Below are positions 50,301-61,764 of a stretch of 64,000 bases of DNA, in pieces. Source of the DNA: Amphiscolops sp. MND2022 (lineage: Eukaryota). Numbering within the stretch: the first letter of the stretch is position 1; every line of letters begins with the position of its first letter. Under the pieces are notes generated by a model, which had not been told where the DNA came from, did no database searches, and worked only from the letters and a program-made list of their open reading frames with translations. The stretch spans positions 38,626,001 to 38,690,000 of the forward strand of contig OZ076410.1 in NCBI GenBank assembly GCA_964187785.1, given 5' to 3'. The position numbers were made by a program, and so were the translations under genes.

Positions 50301-52311
50301 ATTACCTCATTCAATTCAACTTCACAATAGCACACATTCCCGGTAAAAACAACACAGCTGCTGATTATTTATCGCGTTTAGAAGTTTCACCGAAAGAAAA
50401 ATTAATCCTTCGCATTAGCGAAGATATTCCCACTACGCCAATTGAACTTCACGTCCAATCCGCGGGAATTACCGAAGAAGAACAAATCTTCTATACTGAC
50501 GATGACGATGAGACGGAAGAACAAATCTGGCAAAGGAAGAAAGAATCACGAGACAATCCTTCCAACCAAATGCCGGATATTTCTTTTGAAGAATTTACCA
50601 CTCATCGCAGCAATTACCAAGAACTATCCATTTGTCAAAAATTAGCCAATATCAACACTGTGGCTATAGAGCAAAACAACGACGTCATTCTACAACAACT
50701 TAAACTCAAAACCCAAAAAGAAAAATATTCTGAAACGATCTTGATACAAGACACAAGATATCAGCACTACCTACGTCAGTTAGACCGAATGTCCATCCAA
50801 GACGAAATCATCACCAGACAGTATTATGACGAAACAGGAAACGTCAAATACAATCAAGTGCTTTTACCAAAACATCTGGTAAATGAATTGCTTGAATCCC
50901 TCCACGGAAAGGCAAATAGACACCCGGGCATTGCAAAAATGTTACAAGAGATTCGTTCCAAATATTATTACCCCGGAATAGCGAAACTAGTCCGCAAGTG
51001 GGTTAATGGATGTGAAATTTGCATCAAAGATAAAAGAATTCCAAACGAGTTAATAACTCCTGAGCTCCTTAATTTGCCAGAATGGACCTTGGGTCCAGAA
51101 GACGCAATGCAAGTAGACCTCTTGTCGAACCTCCCGCCGAGCGGAGGCTACGGAAATATTATTACTGCCATGGACGTTTTTTCGCGTTACCTTTTTGCTT
51201 ACCCAGTTACTGACGCCTCAGCCGCAAACACTGCCAAGGTCGTTATCGACATCATGACCAAGCACACTTATTTGCCGACGACTTTGATTACCGATAAAGG
51301 ATCAGCCTTCACATCAAAGTTAGTAGCTGAAATAGCGCAAATTCTTGGTATTCAAATCAAATGTGCGACGGCAAAACACCCTCAGACCATAGGGAAACTG
51401 GAAAGAACACACGCCAGTCTCAAGACTACTCTCAAAATGGCCTCAGGGGAGTACAGACGTCAGTGGCACAAGTACTTGCCGTTAGCAGTCCTAAATTACA
51501 ATACGTCTTACCACTCGACGTTGGGCTGTGAGCCTTCAAGGATATTTCATGGCCGTATACCATACAACATCCTAGACCACAAATTAGGGCTTAATCCAAA
51601 CACGCAGGTCCTGCCGACCACGGACTTTGCTGAGGAATTTCAACTCAGATCGCAGATTTTGGTCGATGCAACAAAAAAAAACATCATGCAGTCTTATTTG
51701 AAGTACAAAGACTATTACGACCGAAAAGCCAAAGCCGCACCTTTGAAAATCAATGATTATTGCTCTATTTCGCAACCTATAGCTGATCATCAAGGATCCA
51801 AAATCCCTTTCCGAGAATTTCGTTGGATCGGACCTTACATTATTGCGAAAGTTCTACCCAACGATAATTATATAGTGCGCAAGCTCAGTTCCAACAAGAC
51901 GCAAATTTTACATAGAATACGTCTTCGAAAATATGAGCCTAATACTGACTTACAGGACGATCGCCCAGAAAGGAATTTGCAGCCTGACGATGAAATTGTC
52001 ATTCCTCAAGACGACCTCTACGTAATCACGTGGGAAACGAACTTTGGAGACTTCCAGTCTGGTCGACGTAATGCGACCTACGAGCAATCAACCGAACGAG
52101 CAGAAAATACGAACGATGCAGCTGCCGATTTTGAGCGGCCAGATCAAATACTGACCGATGTGGACCTGAGGTCCACTAGACGTGATGCGACGGAGGAAAC
52201 TCTTCCTGAGCGAACTGCAACCGATTCTGATATGAAACAATTCCAGGTGATGAAACATCATCAGGGGGGAGCGATACTATCGTGCCCGAAGTATTAGAAA
52301 GCGAAAAATAG
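47361..52311 (+). CDS. pol: Pol of element B (PR-RT-RH-IN) with single-base frameshifts near 49075 and 52232 and a missing C-terminal tail
   Basis: Same motifs as A pol; SPAYSQSLPTP reads across a 1-nt deletion; the GGRYNLRPNP tail of A is absent. Confidence 0.93.
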
Positions 52312-52520
52312 TCAGAACATTCAATTGTTACATCCCATCTTTTCTCTTTGCCCATGAGGACATGTATTTTTACTGGGACCGCTCTGACTTTATTTTTTGC
52401 TGCAATTAATAGACTGTCGACAAAGCGACTTAGAGGAAGAACAAAGAAATAAATACAAATGCAGTGTATAGTTTAAAGTTTACATATGTACTGTGCGTAC
52501 AATCAGTCTTTGCTGCTACA

Positions 52521-55500
52521 TTAGCGCAGGCTCTTAGCAGACTGGGCCACTTCGGAATCCGACAAAAGATGCGTCGGACGCACATTCTTCTTCGAGTACT
52601 GTAGGGTACTGGGGGACTGCTGGACGATGACGGAACTGGAAGTACCCGCCTTGCTGGCTTTGCTCTGAAGTCTGCGATCAGGATGCAACTTCGACAGAAT
52701 CTCCGTCCTCCCGAAATTATCCAAACCCGACCATGGATCATACCTGTCGCCAAGCGCGGTGCGACCGAAAGTGGACTCCATTTCGAGGAATTCGGAGATT
52801 GAGGCATCGCTGGTCACTGACTCGACTGAATTGGCCACTTGGTGGAAGTATGATTGTACCGGCAGTACAATGTCCACTAGCTTGCTGGTGGGATCCTCCG
52901 TGTTGACTGAGCTAAACCTGACTGTTGGAAGACTTCGAAAGGGCTCGTCAATGCACAGGCAGGCCAAACTGAAGCAACTCAGCAGCAAAGGACGTGTGGG
53001 CAAGTTCGTTTGCCCCATTAGGAAGGTGATAGTGTCCTTGATCAATAAAGTTGGCTGATCAAACTCCGAGAATTTGACGCGCAGCTCGTCGACGAAGGAC
53101 AAGTAATCTTCCTGCGCTGGAGGCTCTTGTTCCTGGGAGAAATACCCACGGAGACGGAAGATGGTAAATAGCTGACTAAAACACTTTGTGGCCAATGAGA
53201 GAGGCAGCTTTAGGAGGATTTCTAAGTCAAAACTAGCTAATCCTTGGGCAATGTTCGTGGTAAAGTTAAAGTGACCACGCGTGTCCTTGAATAAGTGCGT
53301 CACATAACTTCTCGCCAAACGTCCAAACTCCTCCTTGGCTTTCTCCTTCAATTCGTCGATTGACGTCTTCTCTCCCTTCTGTTCGTGCTGGTCAATCTCA
53401 GCTTTCAGCTTGCAAGCATGGTCAAGCTTCACCCCAAACTTAGTCCTGTTGAGGAACACTGTGACTTTGAGGGCAGGGGCAGTTGTCGTGTCCAGATCCA
53501 GAACGCTCGCTATGTCCTCCTCGGCAGGCAAAGCAGTAGGAAGAACAACGCGCTTGGCCAACTTGCGGAGGTAGAGACAAAGCTGGCGAAACGAGTAGAA
53601 GGCCCTGTCACGTCGGCCACTGAGACTGAGGGAGAAACTGGTGGTATCTGAAACAAGTCATGAGGACGACCTACGCCATGAAGACCTACGGTCCACAGAA
53701 GCAACGCCAACCAAAAGGGATCCAAGTTGGAACAGTCAAGCTTAGATTGGAAATTTAACGAAGTCTCAGCGCAGTTCAAGTCAAATGATACCTATAAGGT
53801 TACTGCGAAGCAATGTGAAGGCTAAAGCACAAGAAAACTTAAGGTACTAACAATCACGAACGAGCTTTCCAAAGAACTCTAGCTTGCAAGGGAAGAAGTC
53901 ATCGTGAATGATGGAGCGCCCAAAGTTCTGTGGCTGAAAGAAAACAGATGTTATTGAGATTTGCTCTACCAGTGACCATGAGGTCAGCAGTCGCAACTTG
54001 ACCTACCTGATTACGGACTCCTTGCATTTGCTGCTGTGGTGAATGGTCAGAGAGATAATTGATAACAGTCTTCCAGTTAGCCATCAACTCCTGGCACAAT
54101 TTTGGGACTGTCGTCACGTCGAGCTTGCAAGTCTTTATGGCCTAAACGAAAACCCTGTTTCACACCAAAACAAGTTTTAGGCAACACACGGAGAATAGAC
54201 CGAGAGTCTTGCCTTTGTTAATTCAGGGGTGAAGAGGGTCCATTCCATCTCGAGGCTTCCACTCAAGCAAACGACCAGGTATTGCAGTACCGAGAAGAAG
54301 TCGATGCGCCCGAACACGGAGTAACTGTCCTTGTGCATCAACTTCTTGATTGCAATCTCGTCAAAGATGGTCGGACGCTGTACCCCATGCCTGGTGAGTG
54401 GCGACCGATCTAATAACTGCACTAGACCACGCGTAGCCCCGGAGCAACACACCAGATCAGCTTCAGTGGAGATCGCAGCTAGGAGGGTAGTTACATGGTT
54501 TACCTCAGCCGACGTCTGTCCACAGGTCCTACCGGTCCGTCGTAGGTAGACTCGACACAGTCTATCACCCTTCCAGAACCTGACGTGGAGCAGAAGGAAA
54601 ACCCCTTGAGGTTCGAACTCCACAGCAAATTGTCCAGAGGTCAGGATGTCGTTACCGATATTTGGGACAATCTGAGTGAACAGATGATGGAACAACACCT
54701 TAAAAACAACTTTGGATTAGACCATACGAACACAAATGTCCACCCGGGCCTACAGTTCAAAACCTGAACAACAACTCTTGGAGTCTAGTCAATTCTATAC
54801 AATACGGTGATGGGACTAGAAGTCATTTAGACATGAAGGGACTACTTACCGAGAGTCTTGTCGTGCTCCAATCGATGTCGCTGAAAATGGCCTGGTGGTT
54901 CACGGCCGCGCCAACTTGCTGCCAGAGACTTCGAAGGACCTGAATGTCTCCGGACAGAGGCAAGAAACGTCCTAGTACGGAGATCTGCATTTTGGCGCGA
55001 TTCTGAGGTGAAGGAGCCATGTAGTCTACGCCTGCCATCGCCTCGTCGTAGAACGGCAACTTCTCCCCGATGTCCACAAGTTCGCTATTGATGAAAAGCG
55101 GCAACTCCAGTTGGAGCTGATAGTTAGAGAGCACTTGGCTGTTTCGTCCTCTGACTTGATATCTACGCCGTTTGGTGAGGGGATCTTCAATGGTGAGGTA
55201 CTCGTACCTCCAGCGCTGGTCTTTACGCAAGTGTCGTTTAGTTGCGTAATGTCGCAAGATTTCCTTCGGGCCTTTAGCTCGTATCGACACGTTACACTTG
55301 CAGATCTGGCAGTAGATCTTATGCTTATTCCACTTGGGGTCGACTGGCCCCGACACGAACGTTCTGGTCCACGGCATGGACTCAAAGTACTCCTCCTTCA
55401 TGACTCGGCCTATTCGTCTTCTAGGTCGCGCTGGTCCCCGGGCTCTTGTTCGGGCTGGATTCTGCTTCCTGGAGTGGCGTTGTTCAGTGATGGCCTCTTG

Positions 55501-56870
55501 TCTGATAGTGGCGAGAGTTTCCATTCCAGGACTAGAGGGGCTACGGGTGACTGGGGATCGGACTCGAAGTCCGCTTGCCTTCTGTTGCCAGCGGTTGGAG
55601 GAGCAGGCATCGCCACACTTGACTGAAAGTCAGGTTGGGACTCCGCCTCACTGGTCATCCCTGGACTAGCGTCACCTTTTCGAGTGTCATAGGTGATGAC
55701 AGAATCGCTACCAATATCTGTGTCAGTATCTGGACCTGATGTCGAGGCAGCACGCCTCCGAGGAGTTGCTTTCACGGGACTGCTCAAATTCAGTCTGCTT
55801 GCCCGCTCTACCACGCTGTTCAGCATCTCAAAGGACGCTCGGGCGCTCTCGTCTGCCACAATCCTGAGGATGCTGGTAATTTGATCTTGATTGAGAGCAA
55901 TGACAGGATGCCCGGGATCAAGGCAGATAGGGTTTACTTCAGTGAAACACTGTTTGATTATGACCCTGCTGGTACCTGACAGGGGAGGAGGTCCTGTACG
56001 AGGTGTTAAATCAGGAATACTAGAATCATGGCTGGATTCATCATGGCAAGGAATCTCACGGACCTTTGTTAGGCTATAAAGTGCTTGGCGCAAAGTAGAC
56101 CGAACCATGGATCCGGTGTCGGTCTCCATCCCAAAGCAGGAATCTTCATCGGTCTGGTACCGGTAGTCCATTGGTCCACGGTTGACTTGTGGCTCACCTG
56201 AGCCAGAGCCTTCAGCGCCTCGGCCTTCTCCAGGCGCTACTAGTTCACTGGAGCCAAACTGTACTTGGGCAGGTATTTGTTCTGTAAATCCAACGTTCTC
56301 AAAGTGGACTTGCCTTTCTGCACTGGTACCATCAACTCCGAAGTCAAGTCTGGATGTGCTGGGGGTTTGCTCATCTATTTCGTGAATGGTCAAAGGACTC
56401 TGTTCCACGGTAGCAGCATTGTTTGGTTCCACTGATGAATCAGTCTTGTCTAGAAATACAACTCTAGGGATGCTTTCTGACGGCTGGACCTCAGGGATCA
56501 TCTCGTTCAGTGCGGGGGTTACAGCAACTAACTCGCTCACACTCAGTTTTACTTCGGTAGGAATCTCATCTGCGGGACTAGCAGGAATCTTATCTGCGGG
56601 ACCAGCAGGATCACGTTCAGCGCTGTCCAGCAATTCAACTGTGCGTTTGATGTACGCATCACAGCTCTCCAAATCGGTGTTAGACGACAGTTCAATTACG
56701 GACCTCTTGTCTGCTGGGACTTCTGTGACTTCAGGCCCTGGAGCCTGTTCAATTGATGGCGGATCTACTTCCATCTCTTCAGCAACATTTTGCTGCGGTT
56801 GGCCGTCCATTACTTTGCCTAAACGGAAAGAAATAAAATTTCGCGATTCACTTCCGCTGAAGAAATCCAT
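52521..56870 (-). CDS. Antisense spliced gene of element B; exons 56870-54850, 54698-54213, 54141-54007, 53933-53852, 53647-52521; about 1280 aa
   Basis: Introns of 151, 71 (GC-AG), 73 and 204 bp; internal exons are 486, 135 and 82 nt, exactly as in A; finger at 55231-55311; one frameshift near 55537. Confidence 0.85.
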
Positions 56871-58335
56871 CTTATCGCGTTTGAAAGACTTTCGAAAGCA
56901 AATTCATTATTTGTTCATACCTATGATTGAATATTTCACGATGGAGGAAGTGAAAATTAGTCAATGGGAAGCCCTGATCAAGCTCAAAATTGGCAAAATT
57001 ATCTAAAAGAACCAACCTGATGTTTATCCAACTGGAAGACAGAATTCGAAAGGCGTGATGTAGCTGACTGAAGGTATATGGTCTGCCTGAACTGTGAATT
57101 TGGCTCGGGGAAGAAGCAAATGGAAGGAAATTGTCAGCTGGAAGGAACAGTTGTGAGGGCACCCAATGTCAATTAGATCACTAGTCAAATTAAAGGAGAT
57201 TCAAGAAATGAACAGACTGAGTTGAGAGAGCTGCCAAGGAGTTGATTCTCAAAATGTAGTATGCACCTGCACTGTGCCAAGGATAGAAGATGAATCTGCA
57301 ACATGGGGAATTCTGAGCTGGGGATCTATGCTCAACTTGTTCAACTGGTCGATCAAAGGACGATTAGACCAGTGGTCCAAGAAACGAAATTACAAGTAAA
57401 TATTGCTAAAGGGACACTCCAGCAAGAAAGTACTCCAAGGAAACTTGACGATCCAATCTGGAACTGTGGAATAGAATTAAAGTGGCGAATTCAAAATGTA
57501 ACAATGATGTAGTTATCAATTCAAAAGATTGCAATGAAGACTGTGGAAATTAGAAGACTGGTTTACTATGTTTATGACAATTCGACTACAAGTCTTATTT
57601 ACCAATTCCTACTTCTTACCATCATACTTGACTGCCAAGACAGATAATTACTTGATCAACTCTTACATTAAATTCATTTACATCAAAGGACGTCGTGGCT
57701 ACATGTAATTAACTTATCATTATTATTATTATCTCCTTTAACTACCTATGCATCATGACCTTTGGTGTTACGGAAACTGTCAGTGATGTACACTTTTGGT
57801 CATTTCTTTCACATTTCTTTGTTTCTTTAGTTAGAATTACCATCGTTACCATTATTTGATTCCATTCATATGACCCATTTTGTTATTTTCATTCAAAATT
57901 CATTCAGAATTTTCATTTATTTATCAAAGTGCTCTGATTGGTCAGTTGGTCTCAGCTAGCCGCGGAGACCGCCGGTCTTTGATGACACTCCACTGATGTT
58001 GATGAGCGATGGTAAACAATCTCACCACTCGTTAACATTCTTCAGCAGTTACTATAACCACTTGAGACTGGACTCAAGGGCTTGTCAACTTTACGAGCCG
58101 CTCAATATCAAAACGATATTAAGAAAGGAATCTGCTAAATAAGGAAATGTTTTGAATCGGAGGGAAGCGACGGGGAAATTTTCCCTAACCGGATTTCCCG
58201 CGAATTTTCAACCCTATGACTTAAGGTCGACTGGCCTAAGGCAGCCATTCTTCTGAATCTCAAATCACAAATCAGCAGCTCACACATATTCTTAAAATAG
58301 CTAAGAAAATCTTACTGAAAAGATTTCGATCAGAA

Positions 58336-59160
58336 ATGTCTCTGCAATTTGCCGTTGACGACTTGATTAGCCCTTTGGTCAGTTTGTCTTACCTGTCCTC
58401 AGGGGAGGAAGACATGGAATTGGATGATCCACAAGCGGCCGCAGATGAGGAGGGGTACGATAGCGACATCGAAGTCCTGGCTTGCTTCAGCGAGTCACAT
58501 TCTGTGAAGCCTATGGGCGTGGCTGCACGTACAATGACAACTGAAACCTACAACGAGGATGACGATCTAACACTGGTCGAAGAACTCTACGGGCGAGCAT
58601 GCAAGGTGGACTCAGAGCCAACCGATGATCTAGTCGACTTAGTACTGGGCAATGGACCCCCTAATCATAGTATGATCCCTGTAGGCGAGAAACCGATAGC
58701 CAGGTGTGCTCAAATGCAACCAATTCCCGACACCCCACGGTCTCCACCTGCCCACGAGAGAGGCCCCACCTCCACCTTTGACAACACCCAGTGGGCTAAC
58801 TTTCAAACTGCCTACGAGCCCGAGCATGCCCACATAACGGGGATAGCTGTAAGCGCAAGCGGTGTCTGCGGGACCTCAAATTTCGTGGCCAGAGGAGATT
58901 GCGTGGTGTGTGGGAAAGACTTTGGGTCTATCAAAGAGGAAGTGACATTAGACTACCTGGAGCGGACTCACTTATCCGGCGAATCTTATCTAACACAAGT
59001 AAGGAAGAGGAATGCGTTTGAGGCAGGCATGGCCGCCGGCTCATTTCTTCTCGTACCGGGGGGAGTGTCGCAGGCTCCCGCCTGCGATGGGAACTGGTAT
59101 CAGGTTGCCCCTGTTACCTGCGACAATTTACCCGTCCCCCCAGGAGTGCTGCCGATCTAA
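58336..59160 (+). CDS. Accessory sense ORF of element B, 274 aa, unknown function
   Basis: Homolog of 10834-11658; crosses the PPT and ends 95 nt inside the 3' LTR. Confidence 0.85.
   Translation: MSLQFAVDDLISPLVSLSYLSSGEEDMELDDPQAAADEEGYDSDIEVLACFSESHSVKPMGVAARTMTTETYNEDDDLTLVEELYGRACKVDSEPTDDLVDLVLGNGPPNHSMIPVGEKPIARCAQMQPIPDTPRSPPAHERGPTSTFDNTQWANFQTAYEPEHAHITGIAVSASGVCGTSNFVARGDCVVCGKDFGSIKEEVTLDYLERTHLSGESYLTQVRKRNAFEAGMAAGSFLLVPGGVSQAPACDGNWYQVAPVTCDNLPVPPGVLPI
59058..59065 (+). other. Polypurine tract GGGGGGAG of element B
   Basis: Directly precedes TGTCGC of the 3' LTR. Confidence 0.85.
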
Positions 59161-60744
59161 GCCGCAAAGACCATCAATACTTGAAAACATTATTCATTGA
59201 ACGATTTGAACTCATTATTAGCTCAAACTTTTATCTATGTACAATTACGGACCTTAAGTCCATTTTCCCTAGTAAGACTTATAATCGGAGTTAGACTCTC
59301 AATGTAGTACATTTGCGTGAAATCTAGTAATTTTGCTATCTTATGGATCTACCATATTCAATGCATATATTTAGTCATGTAAACCAGTAGTCAATTATAG
59401 TGAATGTAATCAATTGCGTGCAATTAAAATTAACAAAGCAGCTATATAGTTGAAAGGAAACGCGTTCGAATTGTCCCCCGCGTTGGTCAGTTCGGACGCG
59501 TTGTCCGCCAAATTATTCAACCAATCAGCTGTGAGCACTCGTGCTTTCTTTCACTCATTCGCCGCAATTCACGTCTACACGTATTAGTGTGGACCACCAG
59601 TCCAAGTGCTATACTCTATTTACATTAGTATGTTATATAAACAAATAGAGTTCTCTGGAGCGGTGTTATGTTGCTAATTAGACATAAAAGGCTTACCGCC
59701 ATTTAACCCCCCCCCACATTAGCTTTCACTCCCTTTCGTAGAATTAAGCTATTTTTAGAGTGATGTCACTGTTCTAATAATATCCCCAGGGTGATTTTGC
59801 CCGCATTTGATGCTATTAATATACCAAACCCTAGAAAACGTCACTATGACGTCAGGTACAGTAATCTAATTTTATCCCTGTGATGATCATAATTTTGCGT
59901 GTCATGAGGCGCTGATTATAAATAGTGGGGACCCGAGGTCTCCAGGATCACAATCAACAATCTGTTTTGACCACGAATACACACACAATCCATTCCAAGT
60001 GAACTCTCAACTTTATTCAATCTTGACGCAGAGTCAATTTGCCATATCTTGCTACTCTACTTAACTATCAATCATTCATTTGTTTCCTCGTTCTTTTAAA
60101 TATACTGTAGAAGCTCTAATATACTCTTAGTTGAGCTCAAGTCTCTTCAATGCCTTCTACCAGAAAACAAAGAGCTAAAGAGAGACGCTCTAGGCAAATA
60201 GACATAATGTCTGATGCTGAGAACTTAGATGTAATGCTTGGATCATATCCTAGAAATGACTTAGAAAATGATTTTGATAGAAACGATGAAATGGACCTAG
60301 AGTCTAATAGGACAAGAGTTGACTTAGCACAAAATAGTGAGGATTTTAGGTCACTTTTGAACTCCAACAGTAGAGAGAACAGTGAATCAGCTGTTGAAAC
60401 TATGAGGCTTGTTAACTCTGAGGTCACTAAGAAAATTGATGAACTGAGAAGGGAACTTAATTCTCAGTTAGTAGATGCTATAAACTCAGCAATCACTGAG
60501 AAGGTATTGCCTGATATCAGAAATATGGTGACCAGTCAAAATTCAGTATTTCGGAAAGAAGTGGACCACAGGTCCAGAGGACCAAACAGGACCTCCGAAG
60601 AATTAGGTAGTAGAAACGCTTGGAAAAGCAATTCAAAGCCTACTTTGGCTTCCAGTAGTCGACAAGACTATCTCAGGAGAAACTCAGATGTTTCTCAGTC
60701 CAGTGATGATGATCACGAAGAAATGATGACTAACAGTCATGACA
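59066..60744 (+). repeat. 3' LTR of element B (carries the first about 198 gag codons)
   Basis: Repeat of 44570-46249; ORF 60150-60758 is the LTR copy of the gag 5' end. Confidence 0.97.
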
Positions 60745-61259
60745 GCTATTGTCTCTAATGTGCAATCATGTTCTCCGCTACTATGGTTAGCGGTGGTGTT
60801 ATGTGATTGGCCTGTTTGCAGTGACCCCCCGGGAGAGTCCGAATCCCCCTCTCACAAATTCAAAAACTTTAGCATTTTGAGCCGTAGATATAACGCCTAC
60901 TTTATACGTTCTTGTCTTGTTCATTAATGCTATTAAATCCTTTCATTGATGGCCTTTGATTGGGCACCGGTATGCCTTTCTATTGAAAATTTAGCAGGTC
61001 TTTGTAAGAACTTGTTCAGAATTTACAACAATTTCGCTCTAGTCTTGCGAAGATCTTGCGATGATATCGCAGTACCCATGGTAACATCTTACCAAGATAG
61101 AGATGCAAACACTTATTAGGAAAGCCAAAATGGCAAACCTAATCTCTCCGGAACATGCTGAATAGCCAGAATCAAATAGCGTCAGAAAAAGCTTAAAAAC
61201 TTATGATACTGAGTAGTCTCCCAAAAACTTTTGAAATCTTCACTAAAATGATCGGAAGA

Positions 61260-61315
61260 TCAACAAGCCGGGAACGGCATAAGTCTGCGCCATATCTTGG
61301 GTTCAAAAAAACAAA
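61260..61315 (-). repeat. 3' terminus of a HINE-like element, reverse orientation
   Basis: Reverse complement reads TTTTTTGAACCCAAGATATGGCGCAGACTTATGCCGTTCCCGGCTTGTT. Confidence 0.5.
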
Positions 61316-61764
61316 GGGACTTTTGACGCTACACTGGTTTCTAATCATTGTTTCTCCACTAAGTGTCATTTCAAATTTCATACTTCTATCTAATGGTATT
61401 TGAACTTTCTGAAGTGTTTATTGAAAAAAAAAAGATCTGCCAAACGCTCGATTGATATTCAAGCGGAGCGAACGTATCATTTTATTATCAGTTTATTATC
61501 ATTTTACAATCCGTTTTATCAGACAGCTTCTTACAACTTCGAACAACAAGTTTCGATAAATAAAAGCCAGAAAATGCGCCCAAGACGAATTGAAACTTCA
61601 TTACAAAGTCGAAACATGAAGCATTCGAAAATTTCACCGTGCTACTTCCGCACACCTGATGCCCGACTTTATTGGCCCAGCAGCTAATGATGTCCCATTG
61701 ATCCTGGGGGATAAAGGTATTAGCTGTAAGGAACATTAACGCTGGAGGAAACACATCAGGTGGC

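Larger units (their letters stand above)
44570..60744 (+). mobile_element. Giant Ty3/Gypsy LTR retrotransposon B (16175 bp), full length
   Basis: LTRs of 1680 and 1679 bp with TG...CA ends; TSD GCTAT at 44565-44569 and 60745-60749; same gene order as A. Confidence 0.97.
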
